Assembly: GCF_006345805.1 (NCBI RefSeq)
Contig: NW_021831689.1
Span: 1 to 53,205 of the forward strand
DNA: 53,205 bases
Source of the DNA: Octopus sinensis
Taxonomy: Eukaryota
Direction: 5' to 3'
Below are positions 36,950 to 48,630 of this stretch, one piece after another; position 1 is the first letter of the stretch, and each line of letters begins with the position of its first letter. Made by a program: the position numbers and the translations under genes. The notes beneath the pieces were generated by a model. It saw nothing but the letters and a program-made list of their open reading frames with translations. It made no database searches and was not told the origin of the DNA.

Positions 36950-37315
36950 GACTAGCAGAATCCTATGGGATTTCCCAACCCAAACAGATCAGGTACTGGA
37001 GCATAACAGACCGGACCTAGTGGTGGTGGAGAAGATGCACCACATATGCTATGTAGTTGACGTTGCTTGCCCCCTTTGACCCACAAACAGTCAAGAAGGA
37101 AAATGAAAAGATAGATCAATACAGCTCTCTTAAGTACGAAATAGTCCGGTTATGGAAAATGAAAAAGGGGAAGAATATTATTGGGTCCTTGAGAACAGTA
37201 TCAGAAGGCATCAAGAGGAATATAAAGAAAATTGGAATAGAGTGCTCAGTGGAACTGTTACAAAATGTTTGCCTCCTTAGCACGGCCAGAATGATCAGGA
37301 AAGTGGATGGAAGCA
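36950..37315 (+). mobile_element. R4/Dong-like LINE restriction-like endonuclease C-terminus
   Basis: RILWDFPTQTDQVLEHNRPDLVVVEK..ICYVVDVACP(F)D...KKENEKIDQYSSLKYEIVRLWKM...IIGSL...LLQNVCLLSTARMIRKV. Confidence 0.85.
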
Positions 37316-37372
37316 CTCCGTCGGTTACGACGACGAGGGTTCCGGTTGATCCGATCAACGGAACAGCCTGCT

Positions 37373-37617
37373 CGTGAAATTAACGTGTAAGTGGCTGAGC
37401 ACTCCACAGACACGTGTACCCTTAACGTAGTTCTCGGGGATATTCAGCGTGACACAGAAAGTGACAAGGCCGGCCCTTTGAAATACAGGTACAACAGAAA
37501 CAGGAAGTAAGAGTGAGAGAAAGTTGTGGTGAAAGAGTACAGCAGGGATCACCACCCCCTGCCGGAGCCTCATGGAGCCTTAGGTGTTTTCGCTCAATAA
37601 ACACTCACAACGCCCGG
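37373..37617 (-). mobile_element. SINE family D, headless body
   Basis: Shares CTGCCGGAGCC...GGAGC.TTAGG...TTTTCGCTCA with 24866-25000. Confidence 0.7.
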
Positions 37618-37739
37618 ATCAGGAAAGTATTAGATAGCTGAAAAGAATTGATAGCATGGTACCGTAGGCTGCAAGTAGCAAGCCCGCCATGCATGCAAGG
37701 CTCCAGGAGCTAAAAAAAACCCCCTGTAATAAAGAGAAA

Positions 37740-37753
37740 TAATAACAATAATG

Positions 37754-37798
<45 letters not shown>

Positions 37799-37901
37799 TA
37801 ATAATAATAATAATAACAACAACAATAACAATAACAATAACAAAAATAATAATAATAATAGCAATAATAATAGTAATAATAATAACAACAACAACAACAG
37901 C

Positions 37902-37960
<59 letters not shown>

Positions 37961-37989
37961 TAATAATAATAATTATAATAATATAATAA

Positions 37990-38032
<43 letters not shown>

Positions 38033-38146
38033 TCTAGATCCCGGATTTCTGACTTTGCATGTAGTAATGCTTTACCTCGTCAGTAGAATACACACAGAAG
38101 TGAAACATAAATACATATATTACAAGCACACAACATAATAATATAT

Positions 38147-38219
<73 letters not shown>

Positions 38220-38270
38220 GTATATATGTATATATATAATATATATATTATATATATAATATACAGACAC
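37740..38270. repeat. (AAT)n and (TA)n microsatellites
   Basis: Seen directly. Confidence 0.9.
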
Positions 38271-38505
38271 ACACAGACATACTACATACATTAAGTTCAT
38301 GAATTTGTGTGCAAGATTCCTGATGTGAAGTTGTGTGTTGAAACATAATATTTTTGCATTTCGGGATGGTCATTTATTATTTTTTTTTTTTTGCCAAATA
38401 AACACACACACACACGCACACACTATATATTCTTTCTTCACTCATTATTTCCGTTCTTATTTTAACTCATGTCAATTGAGAAATCTTTCGTCATACATCT
38501 GTCAC

Positions 38506-38595
38506 CTCCCATGGACACTCATGGAATAAGCAGAGTAAGGACACACACGAAGAGGAAAAGTCTCGCTGAGGTCGTAGACGTCTGGCGAAAGGCTT
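38506..38595 (-). CDS. Candidate FN3-domain exon (phase 2-2, 90 bp)
   Basis: Acceptor ...CATGTCCATTGTCCAG, donor AG|GTGACA, open frame SLSPDVYDLSETFPLRVCPYSAYSMSVHG. Spliced to 23481-23594 it gives PYSAYSMSVHGSNRSGIG, resembling the FN3 LxPxTxYxxxVxAxNxxGxG motif. Confidence 0.5.
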
Positions 38596-38723
38596 CTGGA
38601 CAATGGACATGAGTTAAAATAAGAGCAGTTATAAACGAGTAAAGAGCAAATATATAGTGCATGTATTTATTTGGCAAAAAAAAAATGTCCATGCCGAAAT
38701 ACAACAATATATATATCAATATA

Positions 38724-39143
38724 TCTCTCTATATATAAAACTGAGAATGTGTGTCTGTCTGTCTGTCTGTTTCCCTAAAACTTGAGAACTACACAATCAA
38801 TTTCATTCAAATTTTACACATGCCTTACTTAAGGTCCGGGGAGTGTCATCGGCAAAAAAAATGTTAACTTTTTGCCTAGGGCGACCCCACAGCAATATCA
38901 TATCTTCTCCACTATTTCAGTATTACGTGTTAAAAGTGAAACAAAAACATCTCTCTATTGTAATGCAGACACTTTCGTTTTAATACTGAAACTATTAAAG
39001 TGAAAGTATTATATAACAGGGATGAACCATTAACAATGGTCATCCATTTTGCTAGAAGAAGATCCGCTATGGTCTTATATGCTACACCACTGGTTTTCAA
39101 TTCATATTAATGAAATTAATATTCAATTTTTCACCCTTATTAA

Positions 39144-39177
<34 letters not shown>

Positions 39178-41551
39178 ATATTAGCAATTCGTATAAAATT
39201 GCATCAATGACTTGAACTTGAATAAGTGGTTTCACATAATTGGGGATAAATTAAAAAGGTTTGTTGTTATTATTATTACTGTTTGACTATTGTAATCACG
39301 TTTGTTGGTTCCTCGTAAGGGAAACATTGTTGTGTTGCATTTGTTAAATAATTGTAACCGTAACCCTCCCCCTTTCGGAGAAGGGGCTTTGGTTATTGTT
39401 TAAAAATTGAATTGTGTTCCTGTTTGGGGAAATTGACAATATTTTCACCGTCTTTACGGAAGCATTTTTGTTAAAATGCCTTCGATAGAAGAAAGTCCAA
39501 AAATGAATTTCACTGCAGCCATACACTTCTATACAAGAGGGAGGACAAGATCCAATTGATCGAAATTGCAAGAGACGGGCCTACAATTCCAGTCTGTTAT
39601 ATATTTTGAGTATTGTTATTCCTAGCGATATCAAGATATAACTTTGTATTTTGTATTTTATGTGTAGATGTATATATATAGATGTACATGTAATATGTAC
39701 ACACATATATATATACATATATACATGCATAATATATCTACCCATACACACATACGCACACACACACACATACATAGGGGCAGGTGTGGCTGTGTGGTAA
39801 CAAACTACGTTCCAAACACATGGTCTTGGGTTCAGTCCCACTGTGTGGTGACTTGGCATGTGTCTTCTGCTGTAGCCTCATACCAACAAAAGCCTTCTCA
39901 GTGGATTTTGTACATATATACAGGCATACTTACATATATATGCATACGTACATATTCGACATAAACTACAACTAATGACTGTTGGGAACACTTTCAAACC
40001 TGCCTTACATTCGAACCGGAATCTCAAAAACATTGTCCCCTTACATCTCATTCTCATTTCATTCCCACACAGGGAAATAAAACTTACTTCTCACTACGGG
40101 ACAATGGATGATGGTAACAGATATTTACTACAGAACTATTCTTAACAGTGTACGGCCAACGCGAGGGACGAATCTTCTTCCTCGTTGCTCCGGGGGGACA
40201 GGAAAAACATTTATTACAAGCTTCTCCTTGCAGAAGTTAGGCAGCATCAGGACATTGCAGTAGCTGTAGCCTCCTCTGGGCAATGCAGCTACTTTGTTAC
40301 CCGGTGGCAGGACAGCACACTCAACTTTTAACTCCTTCTCAATTTAGCAGCATCCGAAATGCCTTCATGCAACATCAACAAAAGCTCAGATCAGGGACAA
40401 GTACTTAAAATGTGTCATCTAATTGTCTGGGATGAGTACACTATAGCTCACAAGGGAGCTTTGGAAGCATTAGATATAGCCCTGAAAGACATCCGAGACT
40501 CTCAGGCTCCAATAGGAGGTGTAACGCTTCTGTTGTCAGGTGATTTCAGGCAAACTCTTCCTGTCATTCTGAAATGCACTAGAGCAGATGAAGTCCAAGC
40601 ATGCCTAAAGTCCTTTACCCTGTGGCATCATGTTACAATCCTCAGTCTCACCACTAACATGAGAGCTCAGCTACACAGCGACAAAATGTCCACAAAGTTT
40701 GCAAAGGACATTTTGACACTTGCTGAAGGCAAGGTGCCTCTCGATGCTGCAGGACAAATGGGAGTGTGGTAATTTTCCTCTGTTTTTAATTCTGTAGATG
40801 ACCTCAAAAACAAACTCTTTCCCACTTCACACAAAACTACCAAAATCACGATTGGCTGTGTGAAAGAGCAATATTAGCTCCAAAAACGTCGCTGTTAACA
40901 AATTAATCAACAGCTAATGCATTCTCTTCCCGGCACTACACACACTTACAAGTCTGTTGATACAATTCCAGATATAAATGAAGTTGGGAACTATCCTCCT
41001 GAATTTCTCAATTCACTGGAGCCTCCTGGACTACCTCCACACATATTAGCACTTAAAGTTGGAACTCCTGTAATGCTACTCCGAAATCTGGAACCACCAA
41101 GACTTTGCAATGGAACACGACTGGTGATAAAGAAAATGATGTCACACGTTATCGAGGTGATCATTCTTTCTGGATGTGGGAAAGGTGATGACGTCTTTAT
41201 TCCAAGAATTCATCTTACTCCATCAGGAGCAGAAATTCCATTTACATTCTGAAGACTGCAATTCCCCCTTCGTGTCAGCTTTGTCAAGTCCATTAACAAA
41301 TCTCAGGGTCAAACCCTCTCTGTAGCTGGTCTTCTCTTGGAAGAGCCCTGCTTCTCGCATGGGCAACTGTATGTTGGCTGCTCAAGAGTAGGTACCAAAA
41401 GAAACCTTTTTGTATATGCTCCACAAGGAAAAACAAGGAACATTGTTTACAACGAGGTGTTATAATCTCAACAGCTAGAAGGTATATACATGATCCCCTT
41501 TTTTTTAACAAACTTCATGTACTTTCATGTATTTATATTAATATACATATA

Positions 41552-41604
<53 letters not shown>

Positions 41605-41675
41605 TCATATATATATAACAGAAAAATCTAATTTTTCAATTGAATGTGACCGGGCAACGCCGGGTATCTCTGCTA

Positions 41676-41676
<1 letters not shown>
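38724..41676 (+). mobile_element. Helitron deletion derivative retaining the PIF1 helicase region (Rep domain absent), with a nested SINE-B head (39775-39915)
   Basis: A|TCTCTCTATATATAAAACTG 5' end; CCGGGCAACGCCGGG...TGCTAG|T 3' end. Confidence 0.9.
40130..41465 (+). pseudogene. PIF1-family (Helitron) helicase, frameshifted
   Basis: Walker A APGGTGKTF, VASSG.AATLLPGGRTAHS, IVWDE, GDFRQTLPV, LTTNMR, LKVGTPVMLLRNL, LCNGTRL, FPLRVSFVKSINKSQGQTL, HGQLYVGCSRV, NIVYNEVL*. Confidence 0.92.
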
Positions 41677-41711
<35 letters not shown>

Positions 41712-41793
41712 GAAATTTATAGACATTTACGAAAACAGGTGTATAAACAACAAGCAGGTTATATTACTTTGACGCTCAGGAAGGTGAGAAAGT

Positions 41794-41829
41794 CTTTTAC
41801 GTTTCGAGCCTACGCTCTTCGACAGAAAG
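41794..41829 (-). ncRNA. Minimal hammerhead-like motif, core variant CTGTCGA
   Basis: CTTT-CTGTCGA-A-GAGC-GTAG-GCTC-GAAAC-GTA-AAAG. Confidence 0.5.
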
Positions 41830-42424
41830 GGACACGAGAAATAAACAGAGAGCGAGACCTAAACTATTGTGGATTTAGCGGTCAATAATGAATATATATA
41901 TATATATAATATAATATATATATATATATATATATAATATATATATATATTAATAGTAATAGTATGACAACAGAATGAATGAGTCCTCTAGATTATGAAA
42001 ATAGAGGAATTTATCTGAAAATAATATGTGACATTATTCGGTTGCCATAATAAAACTCCGAGTTTCGGATGTTGGGGCGGAAATCTGCTGTGTATGTATG
42101 TACAAGCGTGCATACGCGAATTCTATGAGCGTTTTTAACTTTCTCTCCTTCGGGTTTTTTTCCCTTTATTTAACGGTCATTCACATAGCTCTTGTTTGTT
42201 TTAATAACGGTCATTTACATAGTAATTTCTCCTTGTTTAACGTTGATTTTCATAGCAGCATTTTTGTTTGTCTTAATAAATGACGAGATGCCAGAGCAGA
42301 TTTCCGCCCCGACATCCGAAACTCGGAGTTTTATTGTGGCAACCGAATAATCGTCACGTATTATATTACAGATGTATATATATATAAAATATCGCAATAC
42401 ATTTGAAATATTGTCCAGGTAAAA

Positions 42425-42493
42425 CCAGCTGATGAAGACTAATCAATTTTACGTTGACAAACGTATTTGAAGAGTTCGAAACCTAGGTACTGG
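42425..42493 (+). ncRNA. Type-I hammerhead motif with extended stem II
   Basis: CCAG-CTGATGA-A-[GACT...TACGTT/AACGTA...AGTTC]-GAA-ACCTAGGT-A-CTGG; palindromic stem III, GUA cleavage triplet. Confidence 0.6.
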
Positions 42494-42904
42494 ACTATCC
42501 AATTCTGGGTTGTCCATTTGTCTCATGTTCTTCCTAGAGGTAAGACAAAATTTTTCATGTTTGCTGCATTTACACGTCTTTGCCTGTATGTACGCAGTGC
42601 AGCTTTACTATAGCGTCGTAAATGTATCGACTACTATTTCCAGTAAATATTGGTACCTTGTTGTACCACTACTATATATATATAATCAAAATGAGGGTGT
42701 AAAATTGGATATCAATTTGATAACATCAAGTGCTCTAGCATATAAAAAAACTGAGATTCAGTAAATAGTATTTCATACATAAATATAAGTGGGGATTTTT
42801 TAACCACTATGTGGAAACCCTTATGCTAGAAGAAGATCCGCTATGGTCTTAACCACTAAGAATTGTTCTCCAGACAAATTCCCTCTTATATTTATATATA
42901 TATT

Positions 42905-43318
42905 TTTCTTTTTTCTTTTCTTTTACTTGTTTCAGTCATTTGACTGCGGCCATGCTGGAGCACCGCCTTTAGTCGAGTAAATCGACCACGGGACTTATTC
43001 TTTGTAAGCCCAGTACTAATTCTATCGGTCTCTTTTGCCGAACCGCTAAATGACGGGGACGTAAACATACCAACATGGTTATCAAGCAATGCTAGGGGGA
43101 CAAACACAGACACACAAACACATACACACACATACATATATACATATATATATACGACAGGCTTCTTTCAGTTTCCGTCTACCAAATCCACTCACAAGGC
43201 ATTGGTCGGCCCGGGGCTATAGCAGAAAAACTTGCCCAAGGTGCCACGCAGTGGGACTGAACCTGGAACCATGTGGTTGGTTAGCAAGCTACTTACACAC
43301 AGCCCACTCCTGCGCCTA
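42905..43318 (-). mobile_element. SINE family B composite copy
   Basis: Head, microsatellite and 3' module. Confidence 0.9.
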
Positions 43319-43439
43319 TATAATATATATATACATATATAATATAATGACGATGCTGATGATGAGGTGATGATTGGGATTTAATCACCATGATCACCAT
43401 AAAGTATACATAAAATTAAAATATCAATATATTTTATAT

Positions 43440-43720
43440 ATATATTATATATTGTAATAACCTACGTCTTACTTGCATATAAGAGGCGCGGGTAAGACCG
43501 CTGCTATCGAAGAGTCTGGCACGTATGTCATTGTCTAGCTTATTTGGAACACATCCTTTATTAAGTTAAATTGCCTTCTATCCTGCTCTTGTTCACTTAC
43601 AGGTTCCAGTATACACACCTCGGCGCATATTAACTGTGTGCCCTAAGTAGACGTACTCTACCTCTTTCATTTCATCTCTATTTCACCTTCCGTTTCATCT
43701 CTATTTCACCTCTATTCGGC
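43440..43720 (-). pseudogene. RTE-like RT C-terminal fragment
   Basis: EYVYLGHTVNMRR...LIKDV...KLDND.RARLF...LYASKT. Confidence 0.65.
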
Positions 43721-43768
43721 ATTGTACTGCATCTTCCGATTCGCATATATATATATATATATATATAT

Positions 43769-43987
43769 GGCAGAAACATTAGCACGCCGGGCGAAGTGCT
43801 TAGCGGTATTTCGTCTATCGTTACGTTCTGAGTTTAAATTCCGCCGAGGTCGACTTTGCCTTTCATTCTTTCGGGGTCGATAAATAATGTACCAGTTTCG
43901 CACTGGGGTCGATGTAATCGACTTAATCCGTTTGTCTGTCCTTGTTTGTCCCCTCTGTGTTTAGCCCCTTGTGGGCAATAAAGAAAT
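43769..43987 (+). mobile_element. SINE family A monomer
   Basis: Family match. Confidence 0.85.
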
Positions 43988-44040
43988 ATATATATCCTTT
44001 TCATGTGGTTCATTTTTATTACTCGGTTAGGTAAAAGAGT

Positions 44041-44460
44041 GGATCTTTTCTGTTTGAACGGCAGTTTTTTCTAGCGGTGTCATATGAAATTGTCACCCAT
44101 AATTATGACCCTAGTATCGATCTATTGCATTTCAATCTGTTTTAGGGTTAGTTAGGGTTAGGGGTGAGGGGAAGTGTATCTTTTTTTCTTCAGAAATGTA
44201 AATAAACCCAATCTGTTTCTTAAACGAGGGACATATTCATACGGCACAGAATGTTTTCACCTCAATAGACGTCATTGATTGGTTGAAATTGCAGAAATTG
44301 AAGAAAAACAACAACAAATATCTTACAAACCATAGAATTTTCTCAATAAAGCCGAGAGAAAAAGATGTTTTATAAACACATTCTACCAGTATACGAAGTT
44401 TAAAAGTGTTTAGTTACGTGGAAATTATTTTAAAAACTGCCGTTCAAACCGAAAAGATCC
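44041..44460 (+). mobile_element. Telomere-repeat MITE, copy 4
   Basis: TIRs, TSD AAAAGAGT, TTAGGG tract near 44142-44163. Confidence 0.92.
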
Positions 44461-45018
44461 AAAAGAGTAACTAGGTCTGCAGTTATAAGAAAGCTGCAAG
44501 TTCAGACGAAGAGGATTACATTTTTTTTTTTTGTAAATAGGCAAAATATTTGTGATCACTGAAAACACTCCCCCTTTTATAATTCTATATTACATCTTCA
44601 TTCATTCGAAAAGACACGTGCGCATATGCTATTCAAATATTTAAATACGATACACTTAATGTGTAATGGTTTGACCCAAATACTTATTCAGCCTGAACAA
44701 GTACTTTAGTGATGCTTATCGAGAACATTCAATCTTCTTTGTTTTATATTTTATCAATGTATACATGACGAAGCGATCTAGCTGCTCGATTTTCTAAGAA
44801 GAGCAACCACATATCTCTCAAGCTCCACCCTATGACGCAATGTTAATACTAGACACACAAAAGCTTTAAAAAAAGAAAATAATTACCGAATGGTTTCGAC
44901 TTAAACACTTATGATTATTGACTTAAGAGGAGGTTTATATAATTAACAGAATGACGCAAAATATCACTACAAAATAATTAGTTACGCACTGAATTGGCCA
45001 TAGTTAGTAAATTGACAA

Positions 45019-45425
45019 CCTATTTCTTTACTACCCACAAGGGGCTAAACACAGAGAGGACAGACAAACGGATTAAGTCGATCATATCGACCCCAGTGCG
45101 TAACTGGTACTTATTCAATCGACCCCGGAAGGATGAAAGGCAAAATCGACCTCGGCGGAATTTGAACTCAGAACGTAGCAGCAGACGAAATACCTATTTC
45201 TTTACTACCCACAAGGGGCTAAACACAGAGAGGACAAACAAGGACAGACAAACGGATTAAGTCGATTCTATCGACCCCAATGCGTAACTGGTACTTATTT
45301 AATCGACCCCGAAAGGATGAAAGGCAAAGTCGACCTCGGCGGAATTTGAACTCAGAACGTAGCGGCAGACGAAATACCGCTAAGCATTTCGCCCGACGTG
45401 CTAACGTTCCTGCCAGCTCACCGCC
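45019..45425 (-). mobile_element. SINE family A dimer flanked by a 19-bp direct repeat
   Basis: GTTAGTAAATTGACAACCT at ~45003-45021 and ~45436-45454. Confidence 0.9.
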
Positions 45426-46150
45426 TTAATGAATTGTTAGTAAATTGACAACCTGACTCTATATTCCCTGAGTGGAAACCCTCGCTGAGGTCTGCTTTGC
45501 CTTTCATCCTTTCAAAGTTGACAAAATAAGGTATCTACCAATCTTGGACAGTGGATTAACGGATTTCTGAGAGAGAGAGATGGAAATGATGTCTAGTAGC
45601 ATTTGTTGCGGTTTTTGCTTTCTGAATTCTTCGGTGATAGACTTAATCTAGACTTAATCTAGACCGAAGCCATCGTTCAATTTGAAACTACCACCCGATG
45701 AGCTCTGCTTTAACACAGCTCGCTGTATTGCAGCTATTCGGGTCGGGTGTACGGTTTGACGACAAACTCCAAGGCCAGGGAGAAACGGGGTACATTTGGA
45801 CATTACTCTTATTTAGCTGACTTAGCGGTGACAAAAAAGAAAATAGAAATATTAGTGTACTCGAAGACAAACCCGGCCTTGCTCGGGATTAAAATAGTTT
45901 ATTATTGTTTTACTTGTTTCGGTATTATAACCCGGTTTCATTTGGGTCTACGCGGGCCACATTTTAAAAGATGAAGAATGTTGCTCTGGAGGCCACGCGT
46001 TTCTAATGAGCAAACTAAAAATTGCTATGCAAACTCGCCAGTACATTTAACACAGGTGTGCAATTTTCTGCTCAATCCGACCACATATGCACACTTATAT
46101 AAATACATACGCATTAAATATATATGCACATATATACGCATTATATACAT

Positions 46151-46193
<43 letters not shown>

Positions 46194-46619
46194 ATATAAT
46201 ACGCATTATGTATACATATGTATACATATGTATACACATTATATATATATATACACACACATATATATTCAAATATCGATATATACACTTTATATATATA
46301 TATATAAATTACACACGCACACACACACACAGGTATATGGTTGTGATTTAAAATAAGTTACTAGAAAATCGAAGAGTAGGAAAAAGTAGTTATGGTAAAT
46401 ATTATACTGACAGGATGTAACATTATGGTAAGATAGTATTATATTTGTTTGTAAGAAAAAGAAGGTATAGTTGCTAATATTAAGAATTGAGAGAGAAAAT
46501 ATAAAAGAAAAGTACATACTACTGTTAGGAAAAATTGTTGATATATATATGACCTCGTGAGCACCGCCAGCAATTTTTTTTCCCTCTGTCTTCCCTTCTC
46601 GGGATCTTTCCTTTCCTAT

Positions 46620-46654
46620 GTTTCCGACGAAGAGCTCCGCTCGAAACGTTAAAC
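46620..46654 (+). ncRNA. Minimal hammerhead-like motif, core variant CCGACGA
   Basis: GTTT-CCGACGA-A-GAGC-TCC-GCTC-GAAAC-GTT-AAAC. Confidence 0.5.
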
Positions 46655-46746
46655 CCTCCTTCTTCCCTTCTTTCCTGAGCGTCCAATAATACATTATTTG
46701 TTTCACGTCCTCGCGTTGCTGTTTTTTTTGTGTTTCTTTTTTGGAT

Positions 46747-46814
<68 letters not shown>

Positions 46815-46816
<2 letters not shown>

Positions 46817-47180
46817 CACATGGTTCCGAGTTCAGTCTCACTGCGTGGCACCTTGGGCAAGTGTCTTCTACTATAGCCCCTCAGGCCGACCAAAGCCTTG
46901 TGAGTGGATTTGGTAGACGGAAACTGAAAGAAGCCCGTCGTATATATGTATATGTATATATATGTGTGTGTTTGTGTGTCTGTGTTTGTCCCTCCAACAT
47001 CGCTCGACAACCGATGGTGGTGTGTTTACGTCCCCGTAACTTAGCGGTTCGGCAAAAGTGACCGATAGAATAAGTACTAGGCTTACAAAGTATAAGTCCT
47101 GGGGGTAGATTTGCTCGACTAAAAGCGGTGCTCCAGCATAACCGCAGAAAAATGACCGAAACAAGTAAAGGAGTAAAAGC
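46815..47180 (+). mobile_element. SINE family B, 5'-truncated composite copy
   Basis: Family match. Confidence 0.85.
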
Positions 47181-47218
<38 letters not shown>

Positions 47219-47313
47219 TGGCCAAAACAGTTCTAGAAAGTGACCTTAATAATAATAATAATAAAATCGAAAAGTACGTTAGGAATGTGAACCGAGGTTT
47301 GAAATTTCCCCAA

Positions 47314-47359
47314 GACACCTGATGAAGGCTGGGGGGTATATCAGCCGAAACGTTGTGTT
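47314..47359 (+). ncRNA. Minimal type-I hammerhead motif with canonical core, in a PLE-type terminal repeat
   Basis: GACAC-CTGATGA-A-GGCTG-loop-CAGCC-GAAAC-GTT-GTGTT; stem III reduced to palindromic ACGT, as in dimer-acting PLE hammerheads. Confidence 0.75.
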
Positions 47360-47549
47360 AACAACAAACAAGATGAGGGCAAATAGCCGTCAAATATAAA
47401 TAAAACAGTTTTAGTTCTTACACAGACAGACTCAACACTACATAAGCAAAAATGTTCAAAATGTTCTACTTGAACTACACCTCTCTCTCACGCGTGCGCG
47501 CGCGTACACACACACAGGTAGAGATAGATAGATAGATAGATAGATAGAT

Positions 47550-47593
<44 letters not shown>

Positions 47594-48219
47594 GTAGGTA
47601 GGTAGGTAGGTAGATAGATAGATAGTTAGATAGATAGGTAGGTAGGTAAGCACTTACTAGAAAGTATCTATATCTATATATTAATACAATACTACGTTCC
47701 TACCTACGTTTCGTTTTGCGGTAAAATTTATAAATCATACAGAATATAAAAGAAATAATTGATTGCCATAGTAATGATGGTAGCATGATAATGCAGTGGT
47801 GAGGATAAACGAAGAAAAATAGCCAGCAAGAAAAAAAAAACAGAGGCTGTGGAGGGGGGAAGAGAGATGGAGAGTGATATACAAAGAGAGCGAATGATCG
47901 TCAGAGAGGAGATTACAATTCACTGAAGAGATATAGAGAAAGAAAAACGCAAGAGAAAATATGTGAACGAGAAAAGCCACCGAGAAAGGAAAGAAAAGTT
48001 GATAATGATAGATGGCGTTAGTGGCGCTAGTAACAGTAATGCTGATATTTTCAGTTTGTGAAATGCCGTTGCTTGTAGCTTGCAAGTCCATGGTGGTAGT
48101 GCTGGCGACACTCCATAACGATTACCTGCACTGAGGCGCATGCGTTAAATCATACGAATTTTTTTTATTTTTTAAAGTTTCGGTCCACAAAAATTGTTTT
48201 GCTGTCAGCTCCTCATTAC

Positions 48220-48630
48220 TTACGACGACGACGACCACCACCACCACCACCAAAACCACTAAAGCCACCACCGCCGCTGCCGCTGCCGCCGCCACCGCCC
48301 CCTCCGCAACCGCCGCCGCCTCCACCACCGCCGCCGCCTCCACCCACCGCCGCCGCCTCCACCACCGCCGCCGCCTCCACCACCGCCGCCCGCCTCCACC
48401 ACCGCCGCCGCCTCCACCACCGCCGCCGCCTCCACCACCGCCGCCGCCTCCACCACCGCCGCCGCCTCCACCACCCCCGCCGCCGCCTCCACCACCGCCG
48501 CCGCCTCCACCACCCCGCCGCCTCCACCACCGCCGCCGCCTCCACCACCGCCGCCGCCGCCGCCGTCGCCACCACCGCCGCCCGCCGCCCCCGCCGCCGC
48601 CACCACCACCACCACTACCACTACCACCAG
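48220..48630. repeat. GC-rich (CCG/CCA)n repeat with an 18-bp higher-order unit CCACCACCGCCGCCGCCT
   Basis: Seen directly. Confidence 0.9.

Noticed and set aside
45688-45870. Minus-strand possible exon SQLNKSNVQMYPVSPWPWS...
   Set aside because: Weak donor; the most plausible phase creates a stop when joined to the 38.5-kb exon.
47920-48141. SAGNRYGVS resembling an FN3 end
   Set aside because: No donor site; the downstream sequence looks like decayed trinucleotide repeat.
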